DNA of 64,000 nucleotides, from positions 22,960-86,959 of the forward strand of contig CAZSLS010000004.1 in NCBI GenBank assembly GCA_964607575.1, in the 5' to 3' direction. The position numbers were made by a program, and so were the translations under genes. The DNA is from an uncultured Planctomycetaceae bacterium (GTDB lineage Bacteria; Planctomycetota; Phycisphaerae; SM23-33). Below, piece by piece: positions 40,087 through 51,600 of the stretch (position 1 is the stretch's first letter; every line of letters starts with the position of its first letter). The notes below the pieces were generated by a model that was not told the origin of the DNA, did no database searches, and worked only from the letters and a program-made list of their open reading frames with translations.

Positions 40087-43000
40087 ATGACAGATGGATT
40101 CAGCATAGTTTGTCCGGCGTGCGGTCAGGGGCGGGCCCTTTCGTTGGGTCTGACGCCAAATGAAGATGGAAAGTTGATCTGCGCAAATTGCGGCGCCGAG
40201 ATTCCAATCCCCCTCGCCGCTCCCGATGAGTCGCTGGAAGACAGCACCACTTTTCAGGGCGACTTGCCGACCAGCGTGGACCCTCCACGAGAAGCGCAGG
40301 TGGAAGCGGATGATTCAGACGAGTCGCTGGAAGACAGCACCACTCTTCAGGGCGACTTGCCGACGGCTGTGGACCCTCCGCGAGAAGGGCAGGTAGAAGC
40401 CGATGATTCGGACGAATCGCTGCTGGGCGACGCCGATGGACCGCGATACGCCGAACAGGAGACCATCGGTCACGGGGGGATGGGCGAGATCGTTCTCTGC
40501 GTCGAGCACAACACGCGACGCGAGGTGGCGATGAAGCGCATGCTGCCGACGGCCGCAAAACACCCCCGCCAGCGAGCGCGGTTCGTCGAGGAGGCTCAGG
40601 TCACCGCGCAACTCGAGCATCCCAATATCGTTCCCGTCCACGAACTCGGGCGAGACGCCCGGGGCGCGATCTACTTCACGATGAAACTCGTCAAGGGGCG
40701 ATCGCTGGCTGAAATACTTGCGCTTCCCCCCGACGGCGAGGAAACACACTCGCTCGGCGAGTTGCTCCAGATATTCCTGAAGGTCTGCGACGGCGTGGCG
40801 TTCGCCCATTCGCGCGGGGTGGTCCACCGCGACCTGAAACCGGCAAACATCATGGTCGGCGACTTTGGCGAGGTGCTCGTGATGGACTGGGGCATAGCGA
40901 GAATTCTCGGGCACGAGGAGATCGTCGGCGAGGACGACGGGACAGGCGTCCAGTCCAGCCGCCATGACACGGACTCACCCGGATTGCATACGGTCGCCGG
41001 GTCGACGATGGGCTCGCCGTCTTACATGCCTCCCGAGCAGGCGACCGGTGCAATCGACAAGATCGATCACCGCTCGGACATCTACTCGCTCGGGGCCATC
41101 CTGTACAGTATTCTGACACTGAAGCGCCCTGTCACCGGACCAACTGCCGAGGCGATAATGAACAAGGTCGTCAGGGGGAATATTCACCCGCCCGAGCGGC
41201 GGGCGCCGGGTCGGAACATCCCTCGCGAACTGTCGGGCGTCGCGATGAAGTGTCTGGCGAAATACCGCAGGGATCGCTACGCATCGGTCCCCGACCTGCA
41301 GCGAGACGTAAACCTGTACCTCGAAGGTCGCAGCGTCTCGGCCGCCCCCGACACGTTCGCCCAGGCGCTGGTCAAACTCGTCAAGCGAAACAAGCCCGTC
41401 AGCGTCTCGATAGCGGCCGCCGCGGTGATCCTGATCGCCGTTGTCTCCGTGGCGTTCATCCGCGTGACCGGGGCGATGCAGCGCGCGATCCGCGGTGAGC
41501 AGCAGGCGGTTACGGCACAGCAGGAGCAGCGTGCGACGGCGCTTGCGGCCTCGGAGCGTTTTGCGATGCAGGCGATTCGTGCGGCAGAGACCGGGCGCCC
41601 GGAAGAAGCTTTGCGCCGCGTTACCGACGCCGAGACAGTCGCCCTCCACAGCCCCTGGGGTCCGTACGCGCGCGGTATGTTCGCAAGGACCAACAAGGAC
41701 TATCCGGCGGCGGTGGACCTGTTCCGCAAGGCCCTGGAAATCGATCCCGCCCACGCCAAGAGCAATGTCGCCCTGTCGGAAACGCTGCTCCGGATGGGCG
41801 ACCTCGACCAGGCACAGAAACTGCTCGCCGGTATCAGTACCGCCAAGGACTGGCGGGCACTGCTGAACGTAGGGCAGACCCTCTACGACACCAGGCGATG
41901 GGAGGACTCCCAAGTGGTCTTCAAGCGGGCGGTCGAACTGATGGAGAAGGAGAAAGATGCCTCCACAGGCGTCAGGCTCGCTACCGCAAAGGAAGTGCAG
42001 GCTAAAATCGACGAGGCCCAGCGGATTATCGATCTGGCCCGGTCAAAGTCAGCCTGCGCAGGATTCGCCGACGAGATCAAGGATCTTCCCGCCGATGAGC
42101 AGGTCAAGCTGGTCAGAGCCAAGTTCGAAGAGGTCAACGGCGAGGGGGTGAAGATTGCGGTCGCAGAAGTCAGGGACGGCCGGTGGATTCGAGCGCTTCT
42201 CCCGCCCAAGACCCGATTCCTGGAACCGTTAAGAGGCCTGCAGTTGCAGGAGCTGATCACCTCCGGGACGAAGGTCAGCGACCTCGAGCCGCTCAAGGGC
42301 ATGCCGCTGACACATCTGAACTGTCGCAGCACGCTGGTGAACGATCTGGCACCGCTTTCCGAGGGCATGCCGCTGACATTCTTGAGTTGCTACGGTACCT
42401 TTGTCAGCAGCTTGGAGCCACTGAAAGGCATGCGGTTGAAGGAATTGGACTGTGGTGGTACGAAGGTCACCGATCTGAGCCCCTTGAAAGGCATGCCTTT
42501 GGAGCGCCTGAACTTGCAGTCGGTACAAGTAAACGATCTGGAGGTCCTCAAGGGCATGCCGCTGGTGCGGTTGCACTGTTTCAATATGCCCATCACCGAT
42601 CTGAGCCCGCTGAAGGGCATGCTGCTGACGTACCTGAGCGTTGCCAGGACGAAGATCTTCGATCTGAGCCCACTGAAAGGCATGCCGCTGACGAATCTTG
42701 ACCTCCAGGCTACGAGGGTAACGGACCTGACTACGCCGAAGGGTATGGAGTTGGAGGAATTTACCTGTAGCGGTACGGAGATCACCGACTTGGGCCCGTT
42801 GAAGGGCATGCAACTGAGGGGGTTCAAGTGTGCTAACAGCAAGATCGGCGACCTGTCTGTGCTAAAGGGCATGCCGCTGATATGGCTCCATTGCAACAGA
42901 ACCCAGGTCAGTGATCTGCGTCCACTCGAGGGGGCACCTCTGGAGGTGCTCGTGATCAACAATACGAAGGTTACGGACCTGACTCCCCTGGTCGGTATGA

Positions 43001-43164
43001 AGCTTGAAACCTTGTCCTTCACGCCGAAGAACATCACCAGAGGCATCGAGATCATCAGGGGCATGAAGACCATCGAACGTTTCAGCGTCACCGACCGCTA
43101 TGGCGCCGAGCAGATCAAGCCCGATGATTTCTGGAAAAGGTACGACGCGGGGGAATTCAAGTAA
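40087..43164 (+). CDS. Hanks-type Ser/Thr kinase receptor: Zn ribbon - acidic repeats - kinase - TM - TPR - LRR
   Basis: CPACG...CANCG; GHGGMG, VAMK, HRDLKPAN, DWG, GSPSYMPPEQ; TM SIAAAAVILIAVVSVAFI; TPR-like helices; about 13 x 21-aa LSPLKGMPL..L....T.V.D LRRs. Confidence 0.9.
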   Translation: MTDGFSIVCPACGQGRALSLGLTPNEDGKLICANCGAEIPIPLAAPDESLEDSTTFQGDLPTSVDPPREAQVEADDSDESLEDSTTLQGDLPTAVDPPREGQVEADDSDESLLGDADGPRYAEQETIGHGGMGEIVLCVEHNTRREVAMKRMLPTAAKHPRQRARFVEEAQVTAQLEHPNIVPVHELGRDARGAIYFTMKLVKGRSLAEILALPPDGEETHSLGELLQIFLKVCDGVAFAHSRGVVHRDLKPANIMVGDFGEVLVMDWGIARILGHEEIVGEDDGTGVQSSRHDTDSPGLHTVAGSTMGSPSYMPPEQATGAIDKIDHRSDIYSLGAILYSILTLKRPVTGPTAEAIMNKVVRGNIHPPERRAPGRNIPRELSGVAMKCLAKYRRDRYASVPDLQRDVNLYLEGRSVSAAPDTFAQALVKLVKRNKPVSVSIAAAAVILIAVVSVAFIRVTGAMQRAIRGEQQAVTAQQEQRATALAASERFAMQAIRAAETGRPEEALRRVTDAETVALHSPWGPYARGMFARTNKDYPAAVDLFRKALEIDPAHAKSNVALSETLLRMGDLDQAQKLLAGISTAKDWRALLNVGQTLYDTRRWEDSQVVFKRAVELMEKEKDASTGVRLATAKEVQAKIDEAQRIIDLARSKSACAGFADEIKDLPADEQVKLVRAKFEEVNGEGVKIAVAEVRDGRWIRALLPPKTRFLEPLRGLQLQELITSGTKVSDLEPLKGMPLTHLNCRSTLVNDLAPLSEGMPLTFLSCYGTFVSSLEPLKGMRLKELDCGGTKVTDLSPLKGMPLERLNLQSVQVNDLEVLKGMPLVRLHCFNMPITDLSPLKGMLLTYLSVARTKIFDLSPLKGMPLTNLDLQATRVTDLTTPKGMELEEFTCSGTEITDLGPLKGMQLRGFKCANSKIGDLSVLKGMPLIWLHCNRTQVSDLRPLEGAPLEVLVINNTKVTDLTPLVGMKLETLSFTPKNITRGIEIIRGMKTIERFSVTDRYGAEQIKPDDFWKRYDAGEFK
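40225..40425. repeat. 93-bp tandem duplication (2 copies plus a partial third) in the kinase N-terminus
   Basis: DESLEDSTTFQGDLPTSVDPPREAQVEADDS / DESLEDSTTLQGDLPTAVDPPREGQVEADDS / DESL. Confidence 0.85.
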
Positions 43165-43226
43165 GGCTTGCCAAGCCGTTAACGATTGACAAAGCTTGCG
43201 GGCGTTAGTCTACTATGCCTGCGATT

Positions 43227-43955
43227 ATGAACACAGATGACTCTATTCCATCGGACGTGCAGGATGGCGGTGAGGCGGCGTCCGTGTGCCCGCGCTGCGG
43301 GCTTGCGGCCGCTCCAGGTGCGGAATATTGCAGGCGTTGCGCCGCGAAGCTCGGTCCGCACAAGAAAGTGCCCTGGTGGCACGTCCATCGGCGGATGTAC
43401 GATTGGGTGCTGCATTTCGCCCACCACAAACACTCGACGACAGCGTTGTTCTGCCTGAGTTTCGCCGAGAGCAGCTTCTTCCCGATACCGCCTGACGTGC
43501 TGCTCGGTCCGCTGTGCCTGGGCAATCGCAGGAAATCGATGTGGTTCGCCACGGTCACCACGGTCGCGAGCATACTTGGGGCATACCTGGGGTACCTGAT
43601 CGGATTCGCGTTTATCAACGTTGCGGTGATGATTCCCGGCATCACTCATGAGGACATCAAAGTGTTGGCTCGCGAGTTTGAAGTTAGGGGCCAGTGGTAC
43701 GTATTCATAGCCGCCCTGACGCCGATTCCATTCAAGCTGCTGACGATAACAGCCGGTGTTGCGAAAATGAACCTGGCGGTTTTTACGCTGGCGTGTCTGA
43801 TAGGCCGATCGATGCGTTTCTTTGGCGTGGCGGGCGTCTTCTGGTTGATCGGACCCAAGGCGCTTCCGTTTATCGACAAGTGGTTCAACTGGCTGGCGCT
43901 GGTGTTTGCGGCGATGCTTGTTGGGGGATTTGTAGTTATGAAATACGTGTTTTGA
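43227..43955 (+). CDS. DedA/YqaA (VTT) family membrane protein with N-terminal zinc ribbon
   Basis: SFAESSFFPIPPDVLL, LTPIPFKLLTITAG, GRSMRFF; CPRCG...YCRRC. TTGACA (43186) and TACTAT (43211) upstream favour ATG 43227 as the start. Confidence 0.85.
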   Translation: MNTDDSIPSDVQDGGEAASVCPRCGLAAAPGAEYCRRCAAKLGPHKKVPWWHVHRRMYDWVLHFAHHKHSTTALFCLSFAESSFFPIPPDVLLGPLCLGNRRKSMWFATVTTVASILGAYLGYLIGFAFINVAVMIPGITHEDIKVLAREFEVRGQWYVFIAALTPIPFKLLTITAGVAKMNLAVFTLACLIGRSMRFFGVAGVFWLIGPKALPFIDKWFNWLALVFAAMLVGGFVVMKYVF

Positions 43956-43990
43956 ATCCGAAAAGCAACCGTTGTCGGGAGTATTGAGAA

Positions 43991-44545
43991 ATGGCCATAT
44001 CCGCCGAAGACCGCGGCAAGCTGGTGTCTCTGGCCCGCGGCGCCGTAGCCGCACAGGTGACTGGACAGGGGCGCCCCGAGCCCCCCGCGCCGGAAGGCAT
44101 CCTCGCCGAGATGCGTGGGTGCTTCGTTACGCTCACCAACGCCGGTCGCCTGCGCGGGTGCATTGGCACGTTTCGACCGGACCGCCCGCTGGGGGAGATG
44201 ATAATCGAGATGGGGATGTCGGCGGCCGGGCACGACCCGCGGTTTCTGGGCAATCCGATCACACCGGGGGAACTCGACGAACTGAAGATCGAAATTTCAG
44301 TGCTCTCGCCGCTGGTCAAGACCGACGATCCGCTGAGCCTGGAAATCGGAAAGCACGGGATATATATCGTCGGCGGCGGCGGGCGGTCGGGCTGTTTTCT
44401 TCCGGAAGTGGCCACCGATCAGGGATGGGGCGTCCGGGAGTTTCTGGATCACTGCTGCACGGGCAAAGCGGGCATGTCCGGGGGGGCGTGGCAGGACAGC
44501 GATACCACGGTTTACCTGTTCACGTCCGAGAAGTTCAACAGCTAG
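43991..44545 (+). CDS. amrA: AMMECR1-domain protein (AmmeMemoRadiSam system protein A)
   Basis: GCFVTL...LRGCIG, DPRF, EISVLSP, GKHGI, FLPEVA, KAG. Confidence 0.9.
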   Translation: MAISAEDRGKLVSLARGAVAAQVTGQGRPEPPAPEGILAEMRGCFVTLTNAGRLRGCIGTFRPDRPLGEMIIEMGMSAAGHDPRFLGNPITPGELDELKIEISVLSPLVKTDDPLSLEIGKHGIYIVGGGGRSGCFLPEVATDQGWGVREFLDHCCTGKAGMSGGAWQDSDTTVYLFTSEKFNS

Positions 44546-45045
44546 TCCACCTCGATGAATTTCACCGTGTCGCTGTCGGTGTCGAGAATTGCGACTGTCG
44601 GGTACTTTGGCTTTCGGGGACCGTCCAGTGCGCCGGGGCAAATCACCCGCACCGGACCGTATGTCTTATTCGCGGTGCGATGCGTGTGTCCGTGACATAT
44701 GTAGGGGAACTGTCGACCGGTTATGAACTCGTTGAGCAGTTGCTGGTTGTCACCGTGCAGCGCGATCAGGTGGCGCCCGTCGCCGAGGGGCACTTCAAGG
44801 AAGTCGGCTGCGAAGTTGACACTGAACCCTCTGGCCTCTTCGGCGAGTTTCTCGGGGCGGCGATCCATATTGCCTGCTACCAGGTATACGTCCGCTCCCC
44901 GGTAGGCGAGGATTGCAAGCTGGTCGGCCGCCACAATGTCTCCGCAGTGAACGAGAACTTCGGCGCCATGCTCAATAAGCAGCGCTACGGCGTTTTCCAG
45001 TCGCAAAGCATTCGCGTGTGAGTCGCTCAGGAGTCCGATCAACAT
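44542..45045 (-). CDS. YfcE-like metallophosphoesterase
   Basis: SDSH, HCGD, GNMD, LHG, HGHTH calcineurin-like motifs. Confidence 0.88.
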   Translation of the reverse strand: MLIGLLSDSHANALRLENAVALLIEHGAEVLVHCGDIVAADQLAILAYRGADVYLVAGNMDRRPEKLAEEARGFSVNFAADFLEVPLGDGRHLIALHGDNQQLLNEFITGRQFPYICHGHTHRTANKTYGPVRVICPGALDGPRKPKYPTVAILDTDSDTVKFIEVD

Positions 45046-45087
45046 CTATCGACCTGGAGTTTGGGGTCCGTGGGGTGGTGGTGGGTT

Positions 45088-45612
45088 CTATTTGGGGATC
45101 TCAACGGGCATGGGCTGCTCTGCGGGCGATGAGTAGATGGCTTGCCCCGAAGGCGGGCGGTAACGGGCTATCAACCATACCTTCTCCGTTCGCGGAGGTA
45201 TTCTCCAAGGCAGGCGCAGCGAGTAACCCCAAAGTGCGCCGTATTGTCCTACGACCAGCTCGGAGAGTTCCTTGGCGCTGAACGTCCATGACAAGAACGG
45301 TTTGGTCGCATCGCTGAGTTTGTCGGGCTTGTCGCCCTCGTAAATCATTATGTCCACTTCGCCGTTGACGAGAACGGACTTGAGCCCGCCGCCGGTATCT
45401 CTGAAGAGCATGACCTGCGCGATAACGCCGTCAAAACCGGGCTTACCGTCCCAGTTGACGATGGCGCTTTCGGGAACGAACAGACCGATGCGGTCGGCAT
45501 GTGCGACCGGTGCGGGCACGCCTTTGTTCGTGGGCGGTGTGCATCCGTTCGACACCGCCGCCGATACGACAGCGATAACGACCAGGAAGTTTTTCAAAAC
45601 AGTCACGTGCAT
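45088..45612 (-). CDS. Lipoprotein immediately downstream of the secretin (candidate pilotin)
   Basis: Hydrophobic signal ending in a lipobox-like SNGC; starts 10 bp after the secretin stop. The pilotin role is inferred from position only. Confidence 0.6.
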   Translation of the reverse strand: MHVTVLKNFLVVIAVVSAAVSNGCTPPTNKGVPAPVAHADRIGLFVPESAIVNWDGKPGFDGVIAQVMLFRDTGGGLKSVLVNGEVDIMIYEGDKPDKLSDATKPFLSWTFSAKELSELVVGQYGALWGYSLRLPWRIPPRTEKVWLIARYRPPSGQAIYSSPAEQPMPVEIPK

Positions 45613-45622
45613 ACCGGTTGGA

Positions 45623-48600
45623 TCAGTCACTGGATAGTTCCTTATCAAAGTTGATTACTTTATTCGTTTTGGCGGGCCTTGTCGTTGGTCCCGCATCGGG
45701 CATTTTTCCGAGCGATTCAAGCGGTATGAGTTCGGTGGCGGCTCCGTCTGTCAGGGCCGATTTTTTGATTGGAAGCGGTAGGAGGTCCTTGTAGGGCCTC
45801 TGCTCACTGAGCCATTCGAGCAGTCCCTGGCGCCTCTTCTCGCTCAGGAGGTCCTTGCGTTTGACCTGCTTCCTGGTCTCGGCGTCGGATTCGGCGGTGG
45901 TTCTCTGTACGTATGGCGTGAGGACTATCAGCAACTCGCGGCGTTGCCTGATGACGGTGGTTGTCTTGAACAGTTCGCCGAGTATCGGCAGGTCGCCGAG
46001 GAACGGAACTTTCCGTTCGGTATTGTTGTCCTGGGATGTAATAAGCCCGCCGATGACGATTGTGTGTCCGTCCCTGACGGTAACGGTGGTGGTCGCTGAA
46101 CGATTGTCTACTACGATCGCGCTGACGCCTTCGCTTATCTCGACGCTGTCTGAGTCGGAGATAGAACTGATCTCGGCGCTGATCTCAAGCTTGATGTCGC
46201 CGTCGGGATTGATGCGCGGCGTGGTCTGCAGGAGGATGCCCACGTCCTCGTACTGGATCGTGTTGAACACCGAACCGGTCTCGGTGGCGCGGCTGTTGGT
46301 TATGAAGGGCACGCGCTGACCGACGTTGATCTCACCGGTCTGGTTGTCGGCGGTGAGTATCTGCGGGCGAGACAGAACTTCGAGGCGCCCTTCGGTCTGC
46401 AATGCGTGCAGGAACAGGTCGATATCGCCACCGCTCAGCGAGAAGCGGAAACCGCCGCTGGTGTTGAACGAACCTGCGACGCCGAAGTTCGTGCCTACCC
46501 TGCGGACCGTGCCGTTCGAACCGTTCCTGGCGGAGTGGTCCCACTCGAATCCGAGATCGGATCGTCCGGTGAGCGTTACTTCAGCCAGCAGCACTTTGAT
46601 GAGCACCTGGGGCAGGGGCTGGTCGAGTTCATCGATCATGGCCGAAATGGTCTTGAAGTAGCGCGGGCTGGCCGATAGCAGCAGGGTGTTCGTCGTTTCT
46701 TCGGCTACTATCGCCACTTCCTGCTCGAGCAATTTGTGAGCTGCCCCGAGGCCGTCGGTGCCTAGCGCTTGTGAGACGGTCTGGCGTTCCTGGTCCAGGA
46801 ACGATCTCAGCGCGGTTTGGATGTCGGCGGCCTGGGCGTTTCTCAGACGGTAGATTTTTGTCTCGCGTTCCTGTGCGGGCGAGGAGTCGAGTTCCTTGAT
46901 TACCGTACCGGCCAGTTCGACATACTGCTTGGTCCCTCCGACGAGCAGGCTGTTTGTTCGCGTGTCGACGGTTACCGTCAGTGCGCTCTGTTCGGCCGAA
47001 CCAAGGGTGGCTGAAACCTCGCCGTTCTTGCCAGCCGGTCGGGTGGTCGGCTTCAGGGTGTATTTGATTGACTTTGAATCCGCCGCGCCGGTCTGCTGCA
47101 GCCGGAAGAGCTGGGTGAGCACTTCGCCCATTCGGGCGGCGTCGGCGTTCTTCAGCGGGAAGACCTTGATTTCCGCCGCTCTCGGCGCGGTGTTGTCCAG
47201 CGCCTTTATGAGATTCGCCAGGAGCGGCATGTTTTCGACGGGCGCCGAGACGACCAGCGTGTTGTTTCTGCTGTCGGGCGTGATCAGGAGTCCTTCCTGC
47301 AGCGCTTTGGCGACCACCAGCTTACCGTCCTTGTCCTGTGTGACGAACTTCAGCATCGCCTGGCGGACGTTGGGATCGTCGATTGCGGACTTCGGTTTGG
47401 TTGTCAGCGTTTCCAGGAGTATCGTCGCGAGTTCACCTGCGTCGGCGCTCTTGAGTTCGAAGACGCGGATCTCGGTGATCCTGGCCCCCGAACCGGTGTC
47501 GAGTTGCTTGATCATGTCGGCGATTGACTTGAAGCTTTCACGGCTTCCGGTCACCAGGAGGGTGTTGGTGCGGGTGTCGGGTATGATGCTTGTCGGGAGG
47601 GACCGCCCGGAACTTCCGGAGGCCTGTTCGGCCTGGAGTTTGGCTTGATAGAGGCTGTTGAGCGTGTCGGCGAGGTTGGTTGCGCTGGCTTTCTTCAGCG
47701 GGAACGCCCGGATGTCGCCGGTCAGGGCGTCTTCGGCATCGACTTTTCGGATGATCTCCGCGATTACCGCGAAGTTTTCCTTGCTGGCCGAAACGATCAG
47801 CACGTTGGTTCGCGTGTCGACGGCGATGGCTACTTTTTCTCGATTTGCCAGTGCGGCGTTCGTGCCGGCGGCGATCGCTCCGGGCTTGTAGAGGCCCTGG
47901 GTTATCAGGCTGCTCAGCAGGGTCGAGACTCTCTGCGCGTCGGCGTGCTTCAGGGGGAACAATTTAACGATACCGGTTTCCATGGGCGGTTCGATATCGA
48001 CTTTCTTCAGCAGGCCTTCGATGAGCGTGAGGTTCTCCTTGTTGGCCGATATCACCAGCGCATTTGTAAGCGAATCGACAGAAACGTCCACGCGGTCCTG
48101 CGGGGCGGGTGTCGTGCCCGAAGGGGTCATGGAGACTAACCTGGCGGCGAATATCTCACGAATCATCGGCCCGACGACGCCCGCGTCATTGTGCTTCATC
48201 GGAACCACCACCAGCTTGACCGCCGGATCGGTGAGTTTGACGTCCAGATTCTTCAGCAGGCTCTTGAGCACCTTGGTGTCGTCGGTGTTGGCCGCCACCA
48301 GCAGGCTGTTGGTCCGCAGGTCCGGAAGGATAACCGGTTTCTGGCGGCGGATGTCGTCGGTGCGTGCGGCCTGGTAACGCTCGTTAAACAGGTTGCTCAG
48401 CGTCGTCGTGAGCGTCCCGGCGTTGGCTTCCTTCAGTGGAAACAGTTGTATCTGCCCGCTGAGCGCAGCGGGTTTGTCGTCGAGCTGTTCGGCGAGGTCC
48501 TTGACGATCTTGAATCCCTCCGCCGAACCGCCGACGATGAGGCTGTTGCTTCTGGCGTCTGCGACCACGATCACGCGGAGCGCTTCGGCATCTTTGATGC

Positions 48601-51600
48601 CGAGCGACTGCTGGCGGACCACGCGTGCGTCCATCATTGTCTGCAGCACGGACGACAGCGTGTCGGCCTCTGCGTTCTTCAGCGTTACCAGGCGGATGTC
48701 CCTGAGGTCTATCGGCGTCTTGCGGTCGAGGCTCTGCATCAGGTTCGTGAGCATCGTGAAGGTCTTGTCGCTGGCCGAAACGATCAGGCTGTTGGTACGA
48801 GTGTCGACGGTAACGGTGGGGCGGTCTTCCTGGCGGATCAGGCTCGCGTTGCTACCGCTGTAAAGTTCCTGAACAACCGTTTGCAGGCGCGTGGCGTCGG
48901 CGTTGATCAGCGGGAAAATGCGCACCGTGTTTAACGATCCGGCGCCGGTGATATCCATCTGGGTAATCACGTCGGAAATTATGGTCATCAGGTCCTTGCG
49001 TGCCGCGACGACCAGGATATTAGTAGCCGGGTCGGCCTGTATGGTGAAGGCGGCGCGGGTTTTGGGCTTGTCGGACGTGACGGTTTTCTTCTTCGCCGCG
49101 GCGGTTTGCAGTCGCGTGACGAACGTTCGCACGCCCGAGACGGCGGGGTCGTCCGTCGGCTCAGTGAATACGCCCCGCAGTACCGGAAGGAGGCGTGCGG
49201 CGTCGGCGTTCTTGAGTTTGAAGAGTTTGACCTCGGTGACGAACTTGTCGGCCGTGCGGTCGAGGTCCTTGATCAGAATCTCCGCTAGTGCGAGCGATTC
49301 GGCGAGACCGGCTATTACCAGCGTGTTGGTTCGCAGGTCGGCAGATACGTTCAGCCCGGCGGTGAGTGCCTTGCCCGAGGCGGATTTGGGCACGACCTTT
49401 CCGACGGTGGATGTTCCCGTCGGTCCTGCGAGTTTCTTGCCCTGCGTGTTGAATATGTCGTCGAGGATGCTTCTAACGGTTTCGGCGTCGGCCTTTTCGA
49501 GCCTGACGATTCGCACCAGCACGCCCTCGCCCACGGGTACGGTATCGAGCATTTCCACGATCGCCTTCATGGCCTTGAGATTGTCCGGCGTGGAGGTGAT
49601 CAGCAGGGAGTTTGACCCCTGTGCAGCCGGGGTTGCCGCGTCGGCGGATACTTTGATCGGCTTGGTCAGGTCCAGTTCGGGCAGTTGTTCCTTGAGGCCT
49701 CCACGCACCCTGAGGATTCGGATCTGCTCCTGCAGCGCGCGGGCCTCGGGGGTTACCACGTTGTTTGCGCTTGGACGGAGCATTTCGGTAAGAACGTCCG
49801 CCAGGCGTGTGGCGTCGGCTTTCTTCAGCGGGATTATCAGGACCTCGATTTTTTCAAACGCCGGGGGTTTGTCCAGACGCGTGATGATCTCGCCGATCTG
49901 CTCGAACAGCGTTTCGCGCGTGGTTACTATCAGCGATCGCGTGCGCTCGTCGGGGCTGATGTCGATTGACTGACCGCCGGCCTGTTTCTGCAATTGCGAG
50001 ATGAGTCCCTTCAGCGCCGGGAGTATCTTCGAGGGCGTTGTGTTCGTCAGCGGGAACAGTTTGAACTGCAGTTTCCCGGCGACCTCGACCTTGTCGAGCA
50101 CTTCTATTAGTGCTTCGACTTCCACCATCTTTTCCTTGGTGGCGGCGACCATCACCGTCTGGGTCTGCTGGATCGCGCTGACGGTGACCTCGTCTTCGGC
50201 TTTGGCCTGTCGCCCTCGGCTGCGGAACGCCGATGTCAGCGCCGAGGCCACCCGGACGGGATTGGCGTTCTTCAGCACGAACGCCTTGACGGTTCTCTTG
50301 GACGAGATCGCCGCCGCTTCCAGCGTTTTCACCAGCGCCTCGATCGCCTTGAAATCTTCGTCGGAGGCGTTGACGAGGATAGCTTTCTGCGAAGGCAGCA
50401 CGGTGGTTTCAACCTGCCCGCCGGTCGCAGGTGTCGCAGCTTTTTTCCCCCGCTGCCCCGGCGCTCCGCGCTTACCGGAGTTTCCGGACTGGTTGTAGAT
50501 CTGCTGTATGGCTTTGTCCACTTCTTCAGCGTCGGCGTGCTCGAGCGTTATCACTCGCAGCGTTCCGCGCGACGGCTTCATGTCTTCGACCTGTTTGACC
50601 CACTGGGATACCTGTGCGTACATCACTTCGCTGGTGGCCAGTATCAGCGCGTTTGCGCGGTCGTCGGCGGATACCGCCAGCGGTTCGACGCTGCGCTTCT
50701 CGCGCCGCGCCGCGGACACCTGCTGCTTGTACATGTTCGTGATGACCGAAGCGACCGACGAGGCGTTACCGTTCTTCAGCGGGATCACGAAGACCTGCTG
50801 GGCGGTTTTCAGCGCTGCCTGGTCGAGTTGCACTGCCATTTGCATCAACTGCCCGAGTTCGGCCGACGGACCGGTCATCACAATGGCGTTACTGCCCGCG
50901 TCGGCGGAAACGATCACCTGCTGGCTCGTCGACGCGGGCGATCTGCGGCCCCTTCCCCGACCGCCGCCGGTGGAACTCTGCCCGCTGCCGGCTGCAATCT
51001 TGCTCAGCACGGTCACCAGTTCGGTGGCTTTGGCGTTCTTGAGGAGTACGAATTCGGTCTTCCTGCCACCGGACTCTTCGGTATCGAGCTTGGCCAGGAG
51101 GTCCTCGACGGCCAGGAGGTTCTTCGGATTGGCGGTGACGATAATGCTGTTTGAATTCCCTTCAGCGACGACATTGACCATGTCGTCAGGTTCGATCCTG
51201 ACACCGCGTTGCGGAGCGAACGCCTGTGACAGCGCCGCAGCCACCGAAGAGGCCTGTGCGTGCTTGAGCGTCAGCAGCGTTCTCACCGATTTGCCCTGGG
51301 GCGTGGTGGCGTCGAGTTGGGCGGCCATTTCTTTGATCTTGGCGAACGTCTTCTCATCTGCTCGGACCAGCAGCATCCGTGAACCGGTGGCCGGTTCGAT
51401 AATCACGTTCTGCGGCGTGACCGAGCTGCCTCGCGAGCCTCTTCGGCGCGATCCGCCGGAGCTTCGCGCCTGCGAAGTGAAGACGCGCGTGAGCATCTCG
51501 GCGAGTTTGGTCGGGTCGGCGTTGCGGAGTGTGATCATCTGAATGGGGTACTTGGTGGCCGGCGCCTCGTCGATTTCCTTGAGAAGCAGGGCGATCTTCT

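Noticed and set aside
42220-43020. Variable LRRs as a diversity-generating retroelement target
   Set aside because: There is no reverse transcriptase and no template/variable repeat pair with adenine-specific differences in the window.
43991-44545. Complete AmmeMemoRadiSam system
   Set aside because: Only amrA is present; no Memo (amrB) or radical SAM (amrS) gene is nearby.
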